Assembly (NCBI RefSeq): GCF_009936275.1
Contig: NZ_AP019797.1
Span: 1,811,890-1,843,889 of the forward strand
DNA: 32,000 nucleotides
Source: Rhodothermus marinus
GTDB lineage: Bacteria; Bacteroidota; Rhodothermia; Rhodothermales; Rhodothermaceae
Direction: 5' to 3'
This document shows positions 9,877 through 17,759 of the stretch, in pieces. The notes beneath the pieces are model-generated. The model worked only from the letters and a program-made list of their open reading frames with translations, did not search any database and had not been told where the DNA came from. Both the position numbers and the translations under genes were made by a program. The stretch's first letter is position 1; the number at the start of each line of letters is the position of its first letter.

Positions 9877-11024
9877 GCCGGAATCTCCAGACGTTGCGCC
9901 AGCTCATAAAAGGTCCGGCTTTTTCGCACGCCGAGAAGGCGAAACGCCTCGGTAAAGGGCGTTTGTCCCTCCAACGCGCTCACGATCACCGCCCTGGCGA
10001 ATCGTTTGCCCACATGAGCGCCCAGGGTGTTGTAAAAATCCCCGCCCTTTCCTCCGGGCGAAAGCTGCTTCAACCGCTGTAACTCTTGTTGCCATGCGCT
10101 GTCCAGTGTTTCCCAATTGATCCACCCGGCATCGAACAGACGGCGCAGGATCACCAGGGTGCTGACCTTGAAGCGCCGCGCCAGCCGCTCCAGCGTCTCG
10201 GGTAAAGGTTCGCCTGCCACCAGGTTCGCTCGCACGGCTTCAAGCGGAGCAAGGAATTCCGCCGCCACCGCATTGCACCAGCGCTCGGTCCGCTCGTCGG
10301 GAAGAACGCGCGCGTCGCTATCGCTTACGCCAGATTGTCCCAACCAGAGGTGCGCCAGTTCATGGGCCAGGGTGAACATCTGTCCCGCCTTGCTGTCCCT
10401 GCCATTGATGAACACCAGCGGGGCCAGGTCGTCGGCCAGCGCGAATCCGCGAAACTCGGAGACATCGAGCGGGCGGTGGGTATTGCTGCCGACAATGCCG
10501 CTGACCATCACCAGCACCCCGGCATCTTCGGCCAAGCCGATGAACTGTCGCAGCGCTTCAGTCCATGTCGTCATTCGGGAACGGGCTTCTATATCGAACC
10601 CGAGCTGTTCGCGCATCCGAGCGGCCACCTCCGCCGGGGCATCCTGAAGCGTCGCCGAGCCCACAAAGGCAACCGGCGGTTCGCCATATAGCCGGGCAAA
10701 CTCCCGGTACCAGGCCTGCCGCTGCTGACAGATGTAGATCGTTTCCAGCAGGTCGGCGCTGGGGGAGCTATGGCGTGCCTTCGACGTGGTGCGAAAATCG
10801 GGGATCGGCAATGTCTCTTCCGGCGGTTCGGCCAGAAAGAAATAACCGATAGGGGTATGGGTGGCGCGGGCGAAGTCCTCGAGCTGCCTGAGCGTGGGTT
10901 GCCCCTGCCCTTCTAACCAGTCTTCGAGCTTCTTGAAACGACGAGACAACTCCTCCGGCATGCGGCCAGAGCGCCGCATGGCCCAATACAGGAGTTCGGG
11001 TTTAACAGGCACCCGCAAGGTCAT
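9873..11024 (-). CDS. XRE-type HTH + ImmA/IrrE (COG2856, DUF955/M78) zinc metallopeptidase
   Basis: 383 aa. The N-terminal 'LEDWLEGQGQPTLRQLEDFARATHTPIGYFFL' is HTH-like. HEXXH motif 'HELAH' at 10350-10364 within 'FTLAHELAHLWLG'. Confidence 0.85.
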   Translation of the reverse strand: MTLRVPVKPELLYWAMRRSGRMPEELSRRFKKLEDWLEGQGQPTLRQLEDFARATHTPIGYFFLAEPPEETLPIPDFRTTSKARHSSPSADLLETIYICQQRQAWYREFARLYGEPPVAFVGSATLQDAPAEVAARMREQLGFDIEARSRMTTWTEALRQFIGLAEDAGVLVMVSGIVGSNTHRPLDVSEFRGFALADDLAPLVFINGRDSKAGQMFTLAHELAHLWLGQSGVSDSDARVLPDERTERWCNAVAAEFLAPLEAVRANLVAGEPLPETLERLARRFKVSTLVILRRLFDAGWINWETLDSAWQQELQRLKQLSPGGKGGDFYNTLGAHVGKRFARAVIVSALEGQTPFTEAFRLLGVRKSRTFYELAQRLEIPA

Positions 11025-11053
11025 ACCGCATCCTCCTGAATCTTCTCTTCATC
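11021..11053 (-). repeat. Remnant copy of the hsdS 3' end (..EEKIQEDAV-stop overlapping the immA ATG)
   Basis: 30 of 33 nt are identical to 12628-12660 (tcataccgcatcctcc[t/a]gaatcttctc..). Both copies end in the same ATGA stop/start overlap. Confidence 0.8.
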
Positions 11054-11141
11054 TGGCACGATGTCGGAGCCGTACCTCACGGCCCAGCATATGGACTCGA
11101 GCCAGACACAGACAGCGGCTTTGGTGATAGATTCAGCGAAA

Positions 11142-12059
11142 TCAGCCCTTATCATTGATCCGTCTCCTGTTCCCTGCCTTAAAACGCTCGGGCTGCCCTT
11201 TGACAAACTCCAGCTCATACCGGCGACGGTCAAGAAGCTCCAGAAACGCCAGCTCGTGGCCTTCGGAGACCTTGAGTTTACCGTCTAATTCTTCGACTTC
11301 GACACCATTCTGCTCGCAGAGAGCCTTGAGCAAGGATTTGTCGACATTCTTGGTTAGCTCTTGACTCCGGATCGAGGCAAGGTAGCGGGCTGCCCTCGTA
11401 TGCTTTTTGGCATATTCCTCGATAGGGGCTAGTTCTACGAATGGAAGATCACTTTGGATCGCTTTGATGTTCTTCGGCACCGCATCCAGAATGGCCTGCT
11501 GGAGCTTGCCTGCGAACTCAAATCCACTGGGCCGCAGGATGTAGACGTTCTTCGAGTCAGCGAGAAGGTCGAAGTCAATATCCAGCTTGAACACACGGTC
11601 TTCAATCAGCTTGAGTGAGTCCGAGACTAATCGAATCAGGCGGCTCTTCAAAATCCCCTTGAACTGCGTAGCTCGCCGAAGGGCGGTCAAACGCCGATGC
11701 TTGTTATCCGTGAGCTGGGCGAAGTAACAGAATATGTTCGAAGGATCATTCAACGCACCGCTATTGGTGGGCAGATTGGCAGCTTCGTGCAACGTTTTTA
11801 CTGCGGCTGCCATCTCGTGGTCTAGTGGCAGATAGAGGCACTCTCTACTCTCGTATTTCTCGGACGGCTCGTACTCCCTCGGCCCGTCCTCGCAATTGTT
11901 CAATGCATTCCACGTTGCCTGCGCCATCTCGCGAAGCGCTCTCTGCACGCCCACATCTACTGGTACAACGACGAACGTTTGGTGGTCGCCGGCATCAATG
12001 CCCACGCCAAATGTGGTCACGGTCACGTTCTCGAAATCAAAGTCTATGGTTAACCTCAT
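11142..12059 (-). CDS. 305-aa cytoplasmic protein, KwaB-like (DUF4868-type) candidate
   Basis: Size and position (immediately after, and ATGA-overlapping, a 4-TM gene) fit Kiwa KwaB. 'FKLDIDFDLLADSKNVYILRPSGFEF' resembles the DUF4868 core as I remember it. Not verified by any search. Confidence 0.5.
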   Translation of the reverse strand: MRLTIDFDFENVTVTTFGVGIDAGDHQTFVVVPVDVGVQRALREMAQATWNALNNCEDGPREYEPSEKYESRECLYLPLDHEMAAAVKTLHEAANLPTNSGALNDPSNIFCYFAQLTDNKHRRLTALRRATQFKGILKSRLIRLVSDSLKLIEDRVFKLDIDFDLLADSKNVYILRPSGFEFAGKLQQAILDAVPKNIKAIQSDLPFVELAPIEEYAKKHTRAARYLASIRSQELTKNVDKSLLKALCEQNGVEVEELDGKLKVSEGHELAFLELLDRRRYELEFVKGQPERFKAGNRRRINDKG

Positions 12060-12631
12060 GTCTCAGGCTCTAAATAAACTGTATCGCTCAAGCGATAGGC
12101 TATAAGCTTTTCACCAGAAGCGAGACTCACGCGGCGCGTGATTAGAACCAAGGGCACCCTGCCGGTAAGTGGATTGCCGTCATCCGGCGGATAGACCGTA
12201 AACACTCGGTAGCCCCGTGCAGCAAAGACCAGATTCATGTAGTGCAGGTTTAGGTGCCAGAATAGGAATACAACAAACGCCAAAGCGGCAACAGTAGCCC
12301 CAAGGTCACGCCAGTTCCCAAGATCTTCCGAGTAGAACGGCAGCAGCATCGCGAACAGGTAAACGAGAATGTGGTCGCGATGGTCGTCAGAAGTGCCAAC
12401 AATCAGCTCGCGTTTGTCGTTTTCCTTCTTCGCTGTTGCAATGCGCAGCCATAGAAAGGCGTTAGGAACAACTACCATCAGCGCACAACACCCGACGAAC
12501 CAAGGATCGGGGAGAAGACTGTTTCCACGGATAGCCCATAGGATAAAAAGCGGCGAGATGCTGCTGAGCACCATCAGGAGTCGCGCCGCCTTGAGTCCCT
12601 CGCGATGAACGGTAACAGGACGCATGTTCAT
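12056..12631 (-). CDS. 191-aa four-TM membrane protein, KwaA-like candidate
   Basis: Four hydrophobic segments: 'LLMVLSSISPLFILWAI', 'FVGCCALMVVVPNAFLWL', 'ILVYLFAMLLPFY', 'ATVAALAFVVFLFWHL'. A soluble tail of about 55 aa follows. The start overlaps the hsdS stop (ATGA at 12628-12631). Confidence 0.5.
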   Translation of the reverse strand: MNMRPVTVHREGLKAARLLMVLSSISPLFILWAIRGNSLLPDPWFVGCCALMVVVPNAFLWLRIATAKKENDKRELIVGTSDDHRDHILVYLFAMLLPFYSEDLGNWRDLGATVAALAFVVFLFWHLNLHYMNLVFAARGYRVFTVYPPDDGNPLTGRVPLVLITRRVSLASGEKLIAYRLSDTVYLEPET

Positions 12632-13896
12632 ACCGCATCCTCCAGAATCTTCTCCACATCCTTCACCCGCAACTCGCCAGAGATCAGTTTGGGCAGCAGC
12701 GTGTCGCGCAGGGCAGCAAGGGTGCGGGATTCCACTACATAATGATCCTGCAAAGCTCTCATCTTTGATACAAATTCAGAAAGTTTAGAAGCTAAGTTGC
12801 TTCCTGGCCAGAGAATTGGTAAGCACTCAATATCGCTATTTGCTACAAAAGGCTGTGCTGCCCCTTTTTTGATTACGTCAATGTTTGCATTGCGTAGCGC
12901 AAGATATAACCATTCTCCAAGTTTGCGTTCATGAACTCTAACCAAAGAAGCATTGTTGTTTATCCAAGCTTCGCCGATATGTCGGAAAAACTGCCCGCAA
13001 TATGCTCCCACTCTTCCAACAGTTATGACAAAACCAGTTGCGTTGCTAATAGTTGTGTAGCCCATAATACCCGCACCTCCAAAAACGGGCACGGGACCAT
13101 GATCTTTGATGTACTTTTTGGAAAGCTGCTGGCCACCTTTTAGAGCAGCAAACTCCCTGACCTGTTTTATCTCCCACCCCTCCGGAATCGGCCCCAGTTC
13201 CGACTCCACGAAGCGGGCGGGGAAGAGGCGTAGGATGTCTTCGGGCAGGCCAAGGGCGTCGGGGTTGTCGCGGTAGTGGGCGGCGCGTTTGGCGAACTTT
13301 TCGGGGATGGGGTTTCCGGCGCGCAGGGCGTTGACCACCACCGGGTCGAAGTCCACGAACCAGGACTTGAAGAGCGCCTGGGCCATGGCCTCCAGGGTCT
13401 CGTTCATCCGCCGGTTCAGCTCGATCTTGTCATCCAAGGTGCCGAGGATGTGGGCAATGGCGCGTTGTTCGGGAAGGGGTAAATAAGGCCTCTTAAATCT
13501 TTCTACATGTTCCCATTTCGCCCGCGGCATTCGAGTACCTTCGGAACCTTTGCTGGCAAAGTCGATGAAATCGTGAGCAGCCATCCAATAGAAAAGATAA
13601 TTCTGATCAAAACCCTCTTTTGCACGCACTACCCAGATATCCGTAGAGCAAATGCCATCAAATGGTGCACGTATTACCTTACGGAAATATGGACGCAGTT
13701 TTCCAAAAAGTATGTCGCCTTTTCTAAATCGGAATTTTGCACTACTGACATCGGAAGCATATCCCCAACCAGCAAGTCGTAATGTGCCCTGCTCAATGTG
13801 TTCAAGACCAATATAGGGCATTTTTCCAGCTTCTTCAGGCTGGACAACATCCCGCACAAGTTGGGCCACATCACGAAATGCGACCTCGCTTCCCAT
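12628..13896 (-). CDS. hsdS: Type I R-M specificity subunit with two dissimilar target-recognition domains
   Basis: 422 aa. 'PYIGLEHIEQGTL...FRKGDILFGKLRPYFRKVIRAPFDGICSTDIWVV' is a classic Methylase_S pattern. Central conserved region 'LPEQRAIAHILGTLDDKIELNRRMNETLEAMAQALFKSWFVDFDPV'. Distal 'LAALRDTLLPKLISGELRV'. Confidence 0.92.
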   Translation of the reverse strand: MGSEVAFRDVAQLVRDVVQPEEAGKMPYIGLEHIEQGTLRLAGWGYASDVSSAKFRFRKGDILFGKLRPYFRKVIRAPFDGICSTDIWVVRAKEGFDQNYLFYWMAAHDFIDFASKGSEGTRMPRAKWEHVERFKRPYLPLPEQRAIAHILGTLDDKIELNRRMNETLEAMAQALFKSWFVDFDPVVVNALRAGNPIPEKFAKRAAHYRDNPDALGLPEDILRLFPARFVESELGPIPEGWEIKQVREFAALKGGQQLSKKYIKDHGPVPVFGGAGIMGYTTISNATGFVITVGRVGAYCGQFFRHIGEAWINNNASLVRVHERKLGEWLYLALRNANIDVIKKGAAQPFVANSDIECLPILWPGSNLASKLSEFVSKMRALQDHYVVESRTLAALRDTLLPKLISGELRVKDVEKILEDAV

Positions 13897-13907
13897 AGAT
13901 CACCCCT

Positions 13908-15962
13908 TCATGGATTCAAGAAGGCCCGATTTATCTCTTCAAACAGATTACTGGCTATCCTGAAAACATCAGTGGGGATTTTTTCTGAACCATCCATAAT
14001 CCAGTCCCGTAATACCGCAGCGGGTCGCCACTTCTCGAACCGACCAAGTCCCTTGTACTCAAAGAGCGCCTTCACTTTGTTTACAACGCCATCGGTTGTC
14101 TCTATGTCCTCGTCAAACGTTAGCTGGTCGATATTGTAGGCTTCCCTTACTGCTTCCAGGTAAACCTCTTCAGGAAAAATATCTTCGAGCTCTGCATATG
14201 GTTTTTCTGGCAAAAAATCCCCAATGAATAGGCAACGTCCTGTTTCACCTGCAAATAAGTTTTCGGTGAGCTTCTTGCCTTCCTTGCGACCTGGTTCGTC
14301 ACCATCCAAGAGGGCTACAACCTCGACGTCATGGCCAATAAGCATACTAGCCAGGGGAAATAATTTGCTCAAACCAGCTGATGGAACAATAACCACATCA
14401 TCCCGAAGGGCTGACTCACCGCGCTGTCGAAGCAACTGGTCAAACGCCTTGAGAATCCAGTAGTCGGTAATCCCTTCAACGATTAGTTGGCGCTTGCTGA
14501 TAAAAAGAGATTGAACAAGCTGATACCCTAAGCCTGCCTGAAGTGGGAAAAGAGCATCTTTGTCACGAGGCCAAATGTCTTCTGATACTTTGGTCGTTCC
14601 ATCTTCTGCCTCATAGACAATACGGACTCGTTCCAAGTGGTCTGCATCTATCATAAAAGGGGAGTGGGTTGTGTACATTGTCTGATTTTCTTGGGAAAGC
14701 TTCTCAAGGAACTTGACCACCTTTGCTTGGGCTGTCCCATGCATGTGCAAGCCGGGCTCGTCCAGAAGGAGAATTGCCTTTTGATGTGCCCCTTTCGCTT
14801 CAACAAGGAAAACGGTAAAGAATGAGAAGAAATACTGCATACCCAAGCTGCGCTGGTCCAGTTCGATCTCGCTTGGATCAAGGTCATCAGAAACCCAAAT
14901 ACGGAAAAAGTCCCCGTCTGCTTGATAGCGGAACTTGTGGCGGCGCTGCTCCCACCAGTCTTGGAATTTGGTAGTCATGGCATTTGACGCTGAAGATAGT
15001 TTTATAGCGCGCTCATCAACGTAACGGCGGATCTTTTCAATAGTCTGGGAATCCATTTGCTGTCCTGGCTGGTGCTTCTTCCCAAGTGCTGCTAATTCTT
15101 CCACATCGAGACCCACGTGCTCAAATAAGCATCGCGTTGTGCGAACGCGGGGCGCGGTAGGATTTTGGTTGAGCTGCTGCACAAAAGTTGGGAGATGAAC
15201 GGCGCTGTCAATTACGTCGTAGCGGTCAAAGTAGATGAACTTTGGAAGATTGTTTTCAACCCATTGCTTGGCTTGCGCCAGTTCATAACCAAAGGAAGCG
15301 CGCTCAAGCAAGCTCTGGGCTTTTTTGCTTATATCCTGGAGAAGCTTTTTTTGCCATTGCTCGTTTGATTGCGTAGCGATGGTGTGTACGAGTCTCTCAA
15401 CTTCGGCTTTCGGTACAACTTCATCCGGCCTTGTTGAGGATTGTTGATTTTCAAGCTGATAGAGGGTCTGAAGGAGGGTATTCTTAATTGCACCGAGAGC
15501 ATCGCCCTTACCTTCGGGGGCGGTCAGATCACTCAGCGTTTGCCGAATCTCTCCAATGGCAGTTTTGAATTCAGTACGAGTCAAGACAGAAGTAGGAGGA
15601 GCGGGTTCAAATTCTACTGACAATTCCCAAGAGTAATGGCGCGTACATGTCACCTGCTTGACGTCCGCAAGTGCAGAGCATATTTCGGCAAGCTTCTTGC
15701 GATCGATGTCGTCAAGCTCAAACCTGCCGCTTGCTACAGGCCAATCTTGCTTTTGGAATTCGTCGGTATAACGCCGTCGTGGAAATTCTTTAAGTCCATC
15801 GTATCTTTCACCGTCGGATGGGTTGAGCTTGGAGAGGCCTCGAAACAACGCTGACTTACCTGCTTCATTTTTTCCCACGAAGCAGGTGAGATCACGGACA
15901 CTAACCCATCCTGTATCTTGAATCTTCTTGTAGTTTTGGACGCGAAAAGCTACAAGTTTCAT
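13908..15962 (-). CDS. OLD-family nuclease (ABC-type ATPase + C-terminal TOPRIM)
   Basis: 684 aa. Walker A 'GKNEAGKS' (15852-15875), ABC-signature-like 'SLGMQ', Walker B 'ILLLDEPG', 'TTHSP'. TOPRIM Glu in 'LIVEGITD' (E at 14475-14477) and 'DGD' (14298-14306). The start overlaps the hsdM stop (ATGA at 15959-15962). Confidence 0.8.
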   Translation of the reverse strand: MKLVAFRVQNYKKIQDTGWVSVRDLTCFVGKNEAGKSALFRGLSKLNPSDGERYDGLKEFPRRRYTDEFQKQDWPVASGRFELDDIDRKKLAEICSALADVKQVTCTRHYSWELSVEFEPAPPTSVLTRTEFKTAIGEIRQTLSDLTAPEGKGDALGAIKNTLLQTLYQLENQQSSTRPDEVVPKAEVERLVHTIATQSNEQWQKKLLQDISKKAQSLLERASFGYELAQAKQWVENNLPKFIYFDRYDVIDSAVHLPTFVQQLNQNPTAPRVRTTRCLFEHVGLDVEELAALGKKHQPGQQMDSQTIEKIRRYVDERAIKLSSASNAMTTKFQDWWEQRRHKFRYQADGDFFRIWVSDDLDPSEIELDQRSLGMQYFFSFFTVFLVEAKGAHQKAILLLDEPGLHMHGTAQAKVVKFLEKLSQENQTMYTTHSPFMIDADHLERVRIVYEAEDGTTKVSEDIWPRDKDALFPLQAGLGYQLVQSLFISKRQLIVEGITDYWILKAFDQLLRQRGESALRDDVVIVPSAGLSKLFPLASMLIGHDVEVVALLDGDEPGRKEGKKLTENLFAGETGRCLFIGDFLPEKPYAELEDIFPEEVYLEAVREAYNIDQLTFDEDIETTDGVVNKVKALFEYKGLGRFEKWRPAAVLRDWIMDGSEKIPTDVFRIASNLFEEINRAFLNP

Positions 15963-17524
15963 AATTCATCCTCCTTCGTATAGAATCCAAGCACCTCCAG
16001 GTTTTTCTTGATTTCCGCCTCCAGCCGGCGGGCTTCCTCGAACTGCTCATAGAGCGTGGCGGTCAGTTCGGCCATCTTCTCTTCAAAGGGAATGCCGTCG
16101 TCCTCTCGCTCCTCCACGCCCACGTAGCGTCCCGGCGTGAGCACGTAGTCGCGCTGGCGGATATCCTCGATGGTGGCCGACTTCCACCAGCCGGGTTTGT
16201 CCTGGTAACCCTCGCCCTTCTTCCAGGCGTGGTACACGTCTGCGATCTGGCGGATTTCCTCCTGGGTCAGCTCCCGGTGCACACGGTCCACCAGGCGGCC
16301 CATGCGCCGGGCGTCGATGAAGAGGGTTTCGCCGGTGCGGTCGCGATAGCCTCGCTTCGGGTCGGCCTTCTTATTGCGGGTGAGGAACCAGAGCGAGACC
16401 GGAATCTGCGTGGTGTAGAAGAGCTGTCCCGGCAGGGCGACGATGCAATCCACCAGGTCGTCCTCGATGATGCCCTTGCGAATCTCGAATTCGGCCTTCG
16501 TGGATGTAGAGAGCGAGCCGTTGGCCATCACGAACCCGGCAATGCCGTTGGGGGCCAGGTGATAGATGAAGTGCTGGATCCAGGCGTAGTTGGCGTTGCT
16601 CGCAGGGGGTACGCCATATTTCCAGCGCGGGTCGTCCGTGAGCCGCTCCCCGCCCCAGTCGCTCATGTTGAAGGGGGGATTGGCCAGGATGTAGTCGGCC
16701 TTCAGGTCCTTGTGCAGGTCGTTGTGGAAGGTGTCGGCATGGTGCGGGCCCAGGTCGGCGTCGATGCGGCGGATGGCCAGGTTCATCTTGCAGAGCCGCC
16801 AGGTGGTGGGGTTCGACTCCTGGCCATAGATGGCGATGTCGCCGAGCTTCCCCCCGTGGGCTTCCACGAACTTCTCCGACTGCACGAACATGCCACCCGA
16901 GCCGCAACAGGGGTCGTACACGCGCCCGCGGTACGGCTCGATCATCTCAACCAGAAGTTGCACGACGCACTGGGGCGTGTAGTACTCGCCGCCGCGCTTG
17001 CCCTCCTTCTCGGCAAATTTGCCCAGAAAATATTCGTACACCCGCCCAAGCGGGTCTCGGACGCCGTATTCCTGCGCCTTCAGGTTGATATCGCCGACAA
17101 GCTTCACCAGCTCACCCAGGCGCACCTTGTCCAACGTCGGGCGGGCGTAGTCCTTGGGCAACACCCCCTTGAGCGACGGGTTCTCCCGCTCGATGGCCGC
17201 CATCGCCTCGTCGATGACCTGGCCGATGGTGGGCTGTGGCGCAGCCGCCTGAATTTTCTCCCAGCGCGCCTCGGGCGGCACCCAGAAGACGTTGGCGGCC
17301 AGGTACTCGTCGCGATCCTCGGGGTCGGTGAACTCGGTGTCCTGCTTGGCCTTGAGCTCCTGGTACTTTTCCTCGAAGGCGTCGGAAATGTATTTGAGGA
17401 AAATCAGCCCCAGCACCACGTGCTTGTACTCGGCGGCGTCCATATGGCCGCGTAACTTGTCGGCCATCTCCCAGAGCTTGTTCTCAAAGCCCAGATTGGC
17501 GCCGTTTGTTTTATTCGTATCCAT
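15959..17524 (-). CDS. hsdM: Type I R-M N6-adenine DNA methyltransferase subunit
   Basis: 521 aa. HsdM_N pattern '[34 protein letters not shown]', AdoMet motif '[12 protein letters not shown]', catalytic 'NPPF' (16670-16681). Confidence 0.95.
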   Translation of the reverse strand: MDTNKTNGANLGFENKLWEMADKLRGHMDAAEYKHVVLGLIFLKYISDAFEEKYQELKAKQDTEFTDPEDRDEYLAANVFWVPPEARWEKIQAAAPQPTIGQVIDEAMAAIERENPSLKGVLPKDYARPTLDKVRLGELVKLVGDINLKAQEYGVRDPLGRVYEYFLGKFAEKEGKRGGEYYTPQCVVQLLVEMIEPYRGRVYDPCCGSGGMFVQSEKFVEAHGGKLGDIAIYGQESNPTTWRLCKMNLAIRRIDADLGPHHADTFHNDLHKDLKADYILANPPFNMSDWGGERLTDDPRWKYGVPPASNANYAWIQHFIYHLAPNGIAGFVMANGSLSTSTKAEFEIRKGIIEDDLVDCIVALPGQLFYTTQIPVSLWFLTRNKKADPKRGYRDRTGETLFIDARRMGRLVDRVHRELTQEEIRQIADVYHAWKKGEGYQDKPGWWKSATIEDIRQRDYVLTPGRYVGVEEREDDGIPFEEKMAELTATLYEQFEEARRLEAEIKKNLEVLGFYTKEDEL

Positions 17525-17759
17525 AAGCTATTTGATCGATGCAGAAGGTACGGCTGTGACAGGATGAAAAAAATGCATTCTTTTAACACTTCCAGATTGG
17601 TCAGGATTCCATCCCGGGCAAAAACAGTCGCTGAGCACCTGTTCATCGTGATAAAGTATGCTATCGGATTCAGTATACATCTCCTGGGTACTTTTCTATG
17701 CTTTGCTGCATGATTTTAAATTGCAAAATTTATAAGATTTATAAGCCCGATCAGTTTCT
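17525..17759 (-). promoter_or_regulatory. AT-rich leader/promoter region of the hsd operon and right island boundary
   Basis: Conspicuously AT-rich 235 nt between the ABC-ATPase stop and the hsdM ATG. It contains the tandem 9-mer atttataag x2 (17728-17745) and, on the minus strand, TATAAATTTTGCAATTTAAAAT. No transcription start can be assigned from sequence alone. Confidence 0.35.

Noticed and set aside
11021-11233. 70-aa ORF between the KwaB-like gene and immA.
   Set aside because: It overlaps the 3' end of the 305-aa gene in another frame. Its only recognisable part is the last approximately 11 codons, which are the duplicated hsdS 3' end. It is interpreted as a scar, not a gene.
13908-15962. 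Calling the ATPase-TOPRIM gene Gabija GajA.
   Set aside because: No GajB/UvrD-like helicase gene is adjacent; the neighbours are hsdM and hsdS. It is therefore only called an OLD-family nuclease.
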